Virus record (IMG/VR): IMGVR_UViG_3300038548_000082
Span: 30,889 to 94,888 of that record
Origin: a virus
Lineage: Duplodnaviria > Heunggongvirae > Uroviricota > Caudoviricetes
Length of the DNA stretch: 64,000 nt
Reading direction: 5' to 3' (one strand)
Made by a program: the position numbers and the translations under genes. The notes beneath the pieces are model-generated. The model had not been told where the DNA came from, did no database searches, and worked only from the letters and a program-made list of their open reading frames with translations. Of the stretch, positions 46,021 to 54,576 are shown in pieces (position 1 is the first letter of the stretch; every line of letters starts with the position of its first letter).

Positions 46021-47892
46021 ATGAGTAATATTGGAGATTTTTTTGGAGGTGGTGGTGTAGGAAGCCCTGAGTGGCAGTACATTACCAAAGACCTAGGAAC
46101 AGCTGGTGTTTATTCCGCAGTAGATGGCGATGATTTGCAGGTGGATACTGTAGATGCTACGGCTGTTGTAGTTGCGGTAGCACCTCATGATACTTCTTGG
46201 GTAGATGTGGCAGAGTCCACTATAGCGCAACCTAGGATAACAGCTTCAAGTGCTAATATGGGAACTGTCTCAACCACAGACGTATTCACTACGACAGATT
46301 CACAGAGCATTACGATAAGCGATTATCTGGCTACTTCTGCGTCAAATGAAGTTTTTATAGGCTTTGCAGATATTGCAGCCTCTGCGTCACCAGCAGTCGC
46401 ATCAGACATTTTTTACAATATATCCGTCAGGAATAATACAAGCTTTGTATTTGTAGATGGTTCCTCGGTATATAACCACGGCGCTCAAGCTATTACAGCA
46501 GAAGTGCAATTGAGGCTCAATGGCGATGTTGTCTTTTGGATGGACGAAGAAATTGTACATACAGCAACCGGAAGAACTACAAGCCTGAGACCTTCGGTTA
46601 TCATTCTTCCTATAAATGACTGGGTAGAGACTCAGCTATCTGCACGTGCAGAAGATGGCAAAACAGGTTACACAATTGAACTTCCGGTCACAGATATTGC
46701 TGCTGTAAACATGGTATTGATTGATGATTGGTCTAAGGATTTCGACGTATTTCCTATGACTATCAAAGGTCAATCCGGTGACACTGTAACAGGTGAGACT
46801 GAACTAACACTAGATACTGTAACCGAAGCTAGAGATTTTGTTTCAGCTATTGGGTCTACTGATTGGGCTATTGCAGATAAAGCGATAGTAGCAGCTCCAG
46901 AGGCTATAATCCCACCTAAACGTAGTACTGAATTCCCTAATAGGAACTTAGCAAATGCTGTCTATAATACAGGAGCAGCGAATTCGGCAGTAATAGATAG
47001 TACTACTCAGCGTGGGTCTTACTTACCTATATCGGATTCCTCTGATGATATGATCAGTATTAGGTTAAGTGATCCTGAAGCTGTCACTAGTATTCAAACA
47101 TTAGTAAGGAAGAATATAGTAACATACAGTCAAGTCTGGTCTAAAACCACCATAGACGGTATTAATCATCGGAGTAACTTCCACTATGACGTAGCTGGGG
47201 GTAAGATATGGTTAGTGTTAGGCTCAAATAGTGTCGTCACCGCCTTGGTAGAAATAAATATTCTAACAGGGGCTGAAACTTCTCATGCATTTTCATCGAG
47301 TTTTAATACCCAGACTGATAACGACCCTTTTGCTGCGACACCTAACTTATACCGATTAGCAAGTGGTAACTTTATACTTCTATGGGTTAACGTTACCGCA
47401 GTTACTGCTATCCCTGAGATGCAGTATCAAGAATTCACAGCAACAGGTACGTTAGTTGGTGCTATTACTACCGTGCAAGTTAATGGAACAGATGCCTTCT
47501 TTAATGGTACTTACATTACTAAAGATAATAAGACCATGTGTGATTCTATTTATGAATCTACCCATAAGGTTGGGGCATCTAACATTAATATCTACAGAGG
47601 TGGGGGTATAATGAATGTCACCTACTCCGGAGCTACTTCCGAGCAATTAGGATCAACTAACATAGTTAGTAGCCAACAAGACACCTTAATGTTTGCTACT
47701 AAAATCATGGTCTGGGGGGAGGATACAGTGGCTATTGTAGCCGACCAAACCCCTGTAGACCCTCGTGTTTTCCAACCTGTATATGGGGTTAGGTTCTTCG
47801 ACAGGACAGACTTTGATAGATGGTTAAATGAACTGGCAGATGTTTATGATATGCCACTTGGCGTAGACCTACTAAACGGATTGGTGCAATAA
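46021..47892 (+). CDS. tail fiber protein
   Basis: ATG with AAGAGGAGG RBS; G/T/S-rich repetitive 620+ aa. Confidence 0.55.
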   Translation: MSNIGDFFGGGGVGSPEWQYITKDLGTAGVYSAVDGDDLQVDTVDATAVVVAVAPHDTSWVDVAESTIAQPRITASSANMGTVSTTDVFTTTDSQSITISDYLATSASNEVFIGFADIAASASPAVASDIFYNISVRNNTSFVFVDGSSVYNHGAQAITAEVQLRLNGDVVFWMDEEIVHTATGRTTSLRPSVIILPINDWVETQLSARAEDGKTGYTIELPVTDIAAVNMVLIDDWSKDFDVFPMTIKGQSGDTVTGETELTLDTVTEARDFVSAIGSTDWAIADKAIVAAPEAIIPPKRSTEFPNRNLANAVYNTGAANSAVIDSTTQRGSYLPISDSSDDMISIRLSDPEAVTSIQTLVRKNIVTYSQVWSKTTIDGINHRSNFHYDVAGGKIWLVLGSNSVVTALVEINILTGAETSHAFSSSFNTQTDNDPFAATPNLYRLASGNFILLWVNVTAVTAIPEMQYQEFTATGTLVGAITTVQVNGTDAFFNGTYITKDNKTMCDSIYESTHKVGASNINIYRGGGIMNVTYSGATSEQLGSTNIVSSQQDTLMFATKIMVWGEDTVAIVADQTPVDPRVFQPVYGVRFFDRTDFDRWLNELADVYDMPLGVDLLNGLVQ

Positions 47893-47893
47893 C

Positions 47894-48424
47894 ATGAAGA
47901 AGTTTAATTATGAAGAACGTGGTGGTATTTACGGAGCGCAGATTAAGTATCCTGATGATACTTTTGATGAGAATGGAGTCCTGATAGTAGATGGCATGTA
48001 CTTGTGGGTAGCTGCCTCTCGATTAGGTAACATAGTTATTGGCTACTATAAAGGTACTTTGGAACTTGAAGACTATGTCCCAGATGTACCTCCAGTAGTC
48101 CCAGTAGCTATAACATCCCTTACAGGAGCCTTAACAGTCTCTCAGGACTTCTCAACAGCAGTAGTAACAGAGTTAACGCCCTTTACCTTTACTGCTAGCG
48201 TACCTCTAGGTGTAGACTCAACATTCTTAATGCCCATTAAGAGAATTGATACTGGCAGAACTGTTTACGTGACTGCTAACGTAGTTTCAGATGTCCTGAC
48301 AGTTACAGCTTCCTTACCAACATCTGGTAAGTGGGTTTGCGGGGAAGATGAAATTAATTCCAACTTGACAGATGAAACATTTAGTTTCTCTTTCTCTGGT
48401 ATTACTATCACAGCAGTCCAATAA
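47894..48424 (+). CDS. tail fiber assembly / distal fiber protein
   Basis: Position. Confidence 0.4.
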   Translation: MKKFNYEERGGIYGAQIKYPDDTFDENGVLIVDGMYLWVAASRLGNIVIGYYKGTLELEDYVPDVPPVVPVAITSLTGALTVSQDFSTAVVTELTPFTFTASVPLGVDSTFLMPIKRIDTGRTVYVTANVVSDVLTVTASLPTSGKWVCGEDEINSNLTDETFSFSFSGITITAVQ

Positions 48425-48435
48425 GGCGGTTTGTA

Positions 48436-48666
48436 ATGAAAGGTATTAAAAGGTACTTTTGGAATATCCTGATCTGGGTTACTCAAGGGCTTAACACTTT
48501 CCTTGGCGGTAATCCTGATGAGGCTACTAGCTCTCGTTGTTGGAGACTTAGGTACAAACCTTTCTGGAAACACCTTAGACGTTTAATTGATAAGTTGTTT
48601 GGAGAAGGACATTGTGAAGCTGCTTATGAAGCAGAGAAAAGAAAAGTAGAATCTTGGAAGAAGTAG
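48436..48666 (+). CDS. hypothetical protein
   Basis: ORF track. Confidence 0.35.
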   Translation: MKGIKRYFWNILIWVTQGLNTFLGGNPDEATSSRCWRLRYKPFWKHLRRLIDKLFGEGHCEAAYEAEKRKVESWKK

Positions 48667-48742
48667 TTTCCTCCTACGATGGACCGTACTGACGGGAAAG
48701 GACTCCCATAATTTACAGTATAAAGAATGACGGGAGTTATTA

Positions 48743-49075
48743 ATGCCACCATTCGATGATTTAATAGGTTGGTTTTTTAAAGTAGCTATTGCGGGAATTA
48801 TGTCTTTCCTATGGTGGGGTAAGAAAGAGGACAAGAAATTGTTAGAATCCCATTCAGAAGAAATTGTAAAACTTAGATCAACGGCTGTTACGGAAGATAA
48901 AGTGAGAGAAATTATCACTGAAGTTACCTGTACAGCTATTCATCCTATGATCGAAACCATGTCGGAAATTAAACGACTGGTAAGTGATAATAGGGAAATA
49001 ACAAAGTCTCTCCAACTTAAAATGGCAGAGCAAGAAGGGTATCAAAAAGCTCTTAAAGAAATGACAGATAAGTAA
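48743..49075 (+). CDS. membrane protein with N-terminal TM (lysis-module candidate)
   Basis: Hydrophobic N-terminus + charged coiled C-terminus. Confidence 0.4.
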   Translation: MPPFDDLIGWFFKVAIAGIMSFLWWGKKEDKKLLESHSEEIVKLRSTAVTEDKVREIITEVTCTAIHPMIETMSEIKRLVSDNREITKSLQLKMAEQEGYQKALKEMTDK

Positions 49076-49085
49076 CAGGTGAACT

Positions 49086-49514
49086 ATGGCGTACATACTT
49101 ACTCTACTATTTATTGCACCTTTCATTGATAGGAAGGAGAGTAGGTGGTTCGTTAGTGCATACGCTTTTATATTCTTTGTTACGAGAGAACTCCACAGCA
49201 TTTTTAATGTTGTAGGAGCTGATGGGTTCTTAGTAAACTCTTACGTTCAAATGGCCTGTATGTGTCTGAGCGTCTTTCTCCTTGAGGGTAAGGAAAGGGT
49301 TATCTCTGCCTTAGTCTTTCTCCTGTTTGCTACCTACAACGTTTGTGTAGCTCTCTGGTGGGGAGTTATCCCTTTGTTCTTTCATCCGTGGTTAGTCGTT
49401 GGGGTTATCATGTTACAAATGACAATAGTAACTTTCAAAGAGAGAGGTATTGTTAAAAACACACTTATGATATGCATAGCTACTATAGTAAACTTTGTGG
49501 CGATTAGGTACTAA
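49086..49514 (+). CDS. multi-pass (4 TM) membrane protein
   Basis: Hydropathy by eye. Confidence 0.45.
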   Translation: MAYILTLLFIAPFIDRKESRWFVSAYAFIFFVTRELHSIFNVVGADGFLVNSYVQMACMCLSVFLLEGKERVISALVFLLFATYNVCVALWWGVIPLFFHPWLVVGVIMLQMTIVTFKERGIVKNTLMICIATIVNFVAIRY

Positions 49515-49516
49515 TT

Positions 49517-49747
49517 ATGAAGAAGCCAGCTCACCAGCATTTGAGAGATTGGAGAATAGTTCAAATCGGAGTAACAGGTTTTCTATGTTACGTCCTTTAC
49601 GTTCTAGTTGTATGGATGGTGGCAACACCTTTTGTAAGTTTACAAACTTGGCACTTAGCACCAATCACAATTGCATTCCCAGCCCTAGTAACTGGATTGT
49701 TCGCAATTGTTAACACTATCATGAAAAGGAATGAGAAGGAGGAATGA
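49517..49747 (+). CDS. holin-like small membrane protein (2 TM)
   Basis: 76 aa, two hydrophobic stretches, charged C-terminus. Confidence 0.45.
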   Translation: MKKPAHQHLRDWRIVQIGVTGFLCYVLYVLVVWMVATPFVSLQTWHLAPITIAFPALVTGLFAIVNTIMKRNEKEE

Positions 49748-50165
49748 TATGGCTTGGTACTCAACACTGTTATCCCCGTTGGTTTCAACCATTGGCGGTT
49801 ACTTTAAAGATAAGCAAAAGAATAAAGCAGATAAAAGCAAGCGTAAGGATGAGTTAACACAAGCTAAGCATGAAGCTTCTGTTGAAAGAATTAAACGAGG
49901 TGATAAGGCTGAAGCGGATTATGATAGAATAGCTCAGCAAGCTAAGAAGAATACTATGATGGACGAGATCCTAATTCTTTGGACGCTTGTCATTGTAACA
50001 CTACTCTTTATTCCAGCTACAGCCCCAATTGCAACAGCAGGTTTTGTAGCTTTAGGAACTGCACCAGTTTGGTTCCAGCTAATCTTTATCGGCTGCTATA
50101 TCTCAACCCTTGGTTTGCGATTCTTATTCAGCGGTAGAACGCTGCTAGGTAAAGTAGTTAAGTAA
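49731..50165 (+). CDS. membrane protein (basic N-domain, 2 C-terminal TM)
   Basis: ORF track. Confidence 0.45.
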   Translation: MRRRNDMAWYSTLLSPLVSTIGGYFKDKQKNKADKSKRKDELTQAKHEASVERIKRGDKAEADYDRIAQQAKKNTMMDEILILWTLVIVTLLFIPATAPIATAGFVALGTAPVWFQLIFIGCYISTLGLRFLFSGRTLLGKVVK

Positions 50166-50205
50166 TTTATATCTCAGTTCCTCCTGTTGGTTGTAATGAC
50201 CAACC

Positions 50206-50238
50206 TTGCCTCCTTAGAGAAATCTTTGGAGGCTTTTT
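50206..50238 (+). terminator. rho-independent terminator
   Basis: GCCTCC-loop-GGAGGC + TTTTTT. Confidence 0.65.
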
Positions 50239-50243
50239 TGTGC

Positions 50244-50272
50244 TTGACAGAAAGTGAAGCTCATGGTATACT
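50244..50272 (+). promoter_or_regulatory. sigma70 promoter (TTGACA-17-TATACT) for HEG
   Basis: Sequence. Confidence 0.6.
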
Positions 50273-50297
50273 AACGTTTTATCAAATAGAGTTTAAA

Positions 50298-50906
50298 ATG
50301 AGTAAAGCTACGAGAAAAACCTACGTATACCAGATAGCACGACAAAAAGATGTAGGAGATACAACTAAGGGGTACATTGGGGTCAGCTATAGACCAATGT
50401 ACAGGTTTGCTCAGCACAAGGGACATAGCCCGTGTAATTTAATACTGACCAGAAATTTCAATAAGTACGAGGACTTAGTTATGAAGATACTATTTGAGGG
50501 AACCGAGCAGGAGGCTTATAAGAAAGAGGAAGAGTTACGACCTGATCCAGCGATGGGTTGGAATATAGTACAAGGGGGTAACATACCTCCAACTCGTATG
50601 GGTGGAAAGGTTAGCGACGAGACAAAGTTAAAACAGTCTAAGGCTAAGTTGGGAAATACAAATGTTGGGGAGGGGGAGAACCACCACTTTTACGGTAAAG
50701 TAGGTAAAGACTCTGTTAGGTTCGGTACTAAAGGAGAAAAATCACCCAATCATAAAGGCTTTTGGTTGACGCCAGAAGGAAAATTTGGTTCAATGTCCTT
50801 AGCGGCAGATCATTTTGGTTTGGCTAAGTCCACAATACACTACAGATGTAAAACAAGTACCGCTTGGCAAAAGAAAGGTTGGTGCTTTTTGGATAAGGAG
50901 GAGTAA
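50298..50906 (+). CDS. GIY-YIG homing endonuclease (NUMOD3 + C-terminal HTH)
   Basis: YVYQI...GYIGVS GIY-YIG motif; repeated KxxxHxxKxxxSxxxK; start moved downstream of promoter. Confidence 0.75.
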   Translation: MSKATRKTYVYQIARQKDVGDTTKGYIGVSYRPMYRFAQHKGHSPCNLILTRNFNKYEDLVMKILFEGTEQEAYKKEEELRPDPAMGWNIVQGGNIPPTRMGGKVSDETKLKQSKAKLGNTNVGEGENHHFYGKVGKDSVRFGTKGEKSPNHKGFWLTPEGKFGSMSLAADHFGLAKSTIHYRCKTSTAWQKKGWCFLDKEE

Positions 50907-50909
50907 GCT

Positions 50910-52085
50910 ATGTTAGAAGTACAAAAGTTTTTAAACAGAGAGACAGCGAACTACGGGGTAGGGGATGAGCAGCGAAAGGGGGAGCATGCACTTGCCATGC
51001 TAAAAGAAGCATACGGGATAAAAGCTAACATCTGGAAAGGGCAACTAGTTTGCTTAAACTATTGCCAGATAGAAAGCCCTAAGACTCACCCTATCACGAT
51101 AGAGTCCCGTTCTTTAGTACTAGAATTTGGATCTTGGGAGGTTATTTCAAGGTCGTTCTCAAGGTTCTTTAATCTAGGAGAGATCGGTGAGGTGAATGAA
51201 GAGTGGGTTCCTTGTCCTACTAAAGGTGTGAGTCGATTCCGTACTATGACCTTCCACGAGAAGATGGATGGTTCTTTGATTGGTATCTTCACTTACAAGA
51301 ACCAATTACTTTACCGTACTCGTTCTCTGATTATGCCAGAAGGGGATATCAATGGGACTGGAACTACTTGGAAGGAAGCTATTGAGTCTTGTTTACCTAT
51401 CTCTTGGCGACCTCCTTACAGTAGTGCTCTTGACGTTACATTGATCTGTGAGCTTACTTGTAGGGAGAATCGTGTGGTTGTTAAGTATGATGCCAAACCT
51501 GACTTGACGTTACTGGCTATAAGAGGTCGTGATGGTAAGTATCACGATGCTGAAACAGCTACGTTTATAGCAGACCGTTATGGTTTCTCACTTCCACATA
51601 CCTATAACTTTAGCACAACAGCTGACTGTTTAAGGGCTTGTAAAGAGCTACCAAACCTTGAAGAGGGTTACGTAGGTTATAACCCTGCTGGGATACCTTG
51701 TGTAAAGATTAAGAACCCAGCTTATGTAGCTGCTCATCACTTACGAGGTGAAGGCTTAAATGAGAAACGTATTCTTGATATAATCATTATGCATGAAGAG
51801 GTAGAGTACTTGACACTCTTCCCAGAAGATGAGAACATGTTCGAACCGTATACAGATGCTTATGCTGAAATGGTACAGTCTTTCTATACGTTAGAGAAGC
51901 TGATTAATGAATGGCACTTTGTTCAGATGGATCAGAAGACCTTTGCTATGTTCTTCAAGGACATGCATTACTCTGCTATGGCTTTCCAGATCAGGAAAGG
52001 TAAGACTTGGAAGCAAACGTTTGAAGGGTTGACACAACAGAAGAAACGTGATTTAATACTGAACTACAAAGGAGGATTAGAATGA
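50910..52085 (+). CDS. rnlA: RNA ligase 1 (T4 RnlA-type)
   Basis: Motif [10 protein letters not shown] (T4: KEDGSLVS), EGYVGY (motif IV) and [12 protein letters not shown] (T4: KIKSDWYVSLH). Confidence 0.8.
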   Translation: MLEVQKFLNRETANYGVGDEQRKGEHALAMLKEAYGIKANIWKGQLVCLNYCQIESPKTHPITIESRSLVLEFGSWEVISRSFSRFFNLGEIGEVNEEWVPCPTKGVSRFRTMTFHEKMDGSLIGIFTYKNQLLYRTRSLIMPEGDINGTGTTWKEAIESCLPISWRPPYSSALDVTLICELTCRENRVVVKYDAKPDLTLLAIRGRDGKYHDAETATFIADRYGFSLPHTYNFSTTADCLRACKELPNLEEGYVGYNPAGIPCVKIKNPAYVAAHHLRGEGLNEKRILDIIIMHEEVEYLTLFPEDENMFEPYTDAYAEMVQSFYTLEKLINEWHFVQMDQKTFAMFFKDMHYSAMAFQIRKGKTWKQTFEGLTQQKKRDLILNYKGGLE

Positions 52086-52249
52086 AAAACAAACGAGGGT
52101 TTACCCTAATTGAACTTATGATTGTTGTTGCTGTTATGGGGATTCTGGCATCAGTGACAGTTCCAGCTTATGAAGATTATCAAGCACGTCAAAACGGCAC
52201 AATGATTTCTTCTGAGAAAAGTGTTGACAACGGTATGATGCTTCAGTAA
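52082..52249 (+). CDS. 55-aa type IV pilin-like (prepilin) peptide
   Basis: MKNKRG|[31 protein letters not shown]: class III signal with G-1, F+1, E+5; AGGAGG 6 nt upstream; ATGA overlap with rnlA stop. Confidence 0.55.
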   Translation: MKNKRGFTLIELMIVVAVMGILASVTVPAYEDYQARQNGTMISSEKSVDNGMMLQ

Positions 52250-52252
52250 GAT
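52224..52252 (+). promoter_or_regulatory. promoter AAGTGTTGACA-17-TAAGAT (within 3' end of pilin-like ORF)
   Basis: Same extended -35 as early cassette. Confidence 0.55.
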
Positions 52253-52304
52253 ATACAAACTTTAAACTTAACTATTAAAATTAACTAACAAGAGGAAATA
52301 TTAT

Positions 52305-53183
52305 ATGAAAAACATTACACTTCCAAAACTGATCGGCGGTGTTGCCGCTTTACTTCTTACCCTTATCGTGAGCTTGAATAGCTTTACAATCTGTGGTGTA
52401 GGTGAGGAATGCACAGCAACAGCCTTTGGTAAGGTTGTACAAGAAGATATCACGGGTTTTGAAATCATGCCTTTCTGGTATACCGTTCATACCATGAACA
52501 TAAAGGATCAATCTTGGTCTTTTAATGACATGGGAGTACCAGCTAAAGATAAGTTCAAAACGTCAATGGACGTAAGCTTTAATGGTAAGTTTATGTCTGG
52601 GTTCGGTGGGGAGATTACGACTAATGTCGGTACTACGAGTCAGTTCCTCCGAACGCACGTAAACAAGCCTATGCGTTCTTGTGTTATTAAGGCGGGTACT
52701 GCTACTGACAACTCCAAGGAGTTCTTTGATGAAGCAACTCAACGGTTAATGGCACAGACAGCTAAAGAGTGTGTCAACACATACCTTGAGAACATTAAGG
52801 ACACTGGTGGAGCCTTTAAGGTTACAGAAGTACGGTTCTCTGATATCCGATTAGACTCTCGTGTTGAGGCGATGATCGTCAAGACTAAAGAACGAGAAGA
52901 AGCTGAAGAACGTCAAGCATCTCAACTACGTATCAAAGACCTTGAAGCTCAAGAGGTTCAGAAAGTTGCAGCAGCTAACAAGCTAGCAGCAAAGGATAAC
53001 AAAGATGCTGCGATCTCTAAAGCAGAGGGGGTTAAGGAATCTATGATTCTGGAGGCGGAAGGTAACGTCAAGTTAGCTAAGTCAATTACTCCTGCCCTTG
53101 TAGAGTATATCAAGGCTAAGAACTGGGATGGTAAACGGTCTACCCACGTCCTTGGATCAAACACTTCAATGTTCTTGAAGTAA
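52305..53183 (+). CDS. SPFH/band-7 (HflK/C-, stomatin-like) membrane protein
   Basis: N-terminal TM, SPFH core, C-terminal EREEAEERQ...coiled coil. Confidence 0.7.
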   Translation: MKNITLPKLIGGVAALLLTLIVSLNSFTICGVGEECTATAFGKVVQEDITGFEIMPFWYTVHTMNIKDQSWSFNDMGVPAKDKFKTSMDVSFNGKFMSGFGGEITTNVGTTSQFLRTHVNKPMRSCVIKAGTATDNSKEFFDEATQRLMAQTAKECVNTYLENIKDTGGAFKVTEVRFSDIRLDSRVEAMIVKTKEREEAEERQASQLRIKDLEAQEVQKVAAANKLAAKDNKDAAISKAEGVKESMILEAEGNVKLAKSITPALVEYIKAKNWDGKRSTHVLGSNTSMFLK

Positions 53184-53202
53184 ACTAAAGAAAGGAAATA
53201 AA

Positions 53203-53230
53203 GGGGTTGCTTCGGCAGCCCTTTTGTGTT
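53203..53230 (+). terminator. rho-independent terminator (UUCG tetraloop)
   Basis: GGGGTTGC-TTCG-GCAGCCC + TTTTGTGTTT. Confidence 0.65.
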
Positions 53231-53259
53231 TATATAGAGAAAACACAGAGGAGGTTCTT

Positions 53260-53544
53260 ATGAAAGGCTACAGAGTTATTGTAACAAGGCACTGTCAAGT
53301 TAGAGCAAAGCAAAGGTTAAGACTTTTCCTTAGACAACATGAGCTGGAGAACATAGAACGTTTCATAAGACAAGAGTTTAAAGATGCTTATAAATGTATC
53401 CAAATAAACAACGTACCCTTCTACAAAGCTAATGTAGGTTGCGAGATCTTCATTACAAAGTTTGTTAAGTTCTACTGTAAGGTGGAAGGTGAGGTCATCA
53501 TTATAAAGACGATTGTAAAGAATAGAGGTGAATGGAGATATTAG
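53260..53544 (+). CDS. DUF4258-like small protein (possible toxin-fold)
   Basis: VTRHCQVRAKQR resembles DUF4258 FTKHALERMKER motif; GAGGAGG RBS. Confidence 0.35.
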   Translation: MKGYRVIVTRHCQVRAKQRLRLFLRQHELENIERFIRQEFKDAYKCIQINNVPFYKANVGCEIFITKFVKFYCKVEGEVIIIKTIVKNRGEWRY

Positions 53545-53606
53545 TTCTTGACACTAACCTTATTTTGTGTTTATATAAACTTACTTAAACAAAACGGAGA
53601 TTCAAT

Positions 53607-54515
53607 ATGAGCTGGGAAACCCCTTACACAGTAGTCTATGAAGATGATGCAATCCGCTTACTCTGCTTCCGAGAAGTTGATGGCAATCCTATAGTAATCG
53701 TACCTCCACAGGCAGGACATTCAAGTTGGATTGCTGATTACGGTAAAGGTCAAAGCCTTGTCGCAGCTGCAATGGAAACCAGCAATGCTCCTGTGTATTG
53801 TATCGATTTCAAAAGTTGCACATTTGCCAGAAAGCGTGAAGGTATTATGGACCTGCTAAGTCAAGTTGAGATTGCCATAAGCCATGCTGGTGATTGTCCA
53901 GTACACCTTATTGGTCTATGTCAAGGTGGTTGGTTGTCTACGATATTCACTGCCCTCTATCCAGAGCAAGTTGCAAGTCTTACAGTTGCTGGTGCTCCTA
54001 TCGATGCTCATGCTGGCGATTGTATCCTTGCAGATGCTATTAAGAAACCTATGTGGCAATATGAGCTGGTAGTCAAAATGGGTTTAGGTTTAGTTCATGG
54101 GGAGTTTATGCTTGCCAATTGGAAAGCTCCCAATGCTCGAAAGCACTACATAGATCGTTATTTGTTCCCAAGTGAGCGTAATGAGAAATTCTACTCTTGG
54201 TACGATAAAACTTGTGATATAGCAGGCGGCTGGTATCTTTGGTGTATTCAGAACCTTTTTAAAAACAATGATCTTATTCATAATCGTATGGAGATTGATG
54301 GACAAGAAGTGAAGCTATCAAACATCGATTGCCCTGTGTATCTAATTGCAGGAGAGCGTGATGATATCTCTCCAAAAGAGCAAACATTTAATCTGGCTGA
54401 TGCTGTAAGTGGTTATTCACTTAATATCTTGATTCCAAATGCAGGTCATATTGGAGTCTTCATGGGGCCTAAGTCTATGCCAGTTTGGAAGGAACACATC
54501 TTTTCTAAAATGTAG
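53607..54515 (+). CDS. alpha/beta hydrolase with Cys nucleophile (PhaC/PhaZ-like lipase box GLCQGG)
   Basis: G-x-C-x-G-G box, Asp and His candidates downstream. Confidence 0.5.
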   Translation: MSWETPYTVVYEDDAIRLLCFREVDGNPIVIVPPQAGHSSWIADYGKGQSLVAAAMETSNAPVYCIDFKSCTFARKREGIMDLLSQVEIAISHAGDCPVHLIGLCQGGWLSTIFTALYPEQVASLTVAGAPIDAHAGDCILADAIKKPMWQYELVVKMGLGLVHGEFMLANWKAPNARKHYIDRYLFPSERNEKFYSWYDKTCDIAGGWYLWCIQNLFKNNDLIHNRMEIDGQEVKLSNIDCPVYLIAGERDDISPKEQTFNLADAVSGYSLNILIPNAGHIGVFMGPKSMPVWKEHIFSKM

Positions 54516-54576
54516 TTTACATCTAATCCCACTTGTGGTTTAATAGCTTCACTTAAACAGAACGGAGAAACAAAGT

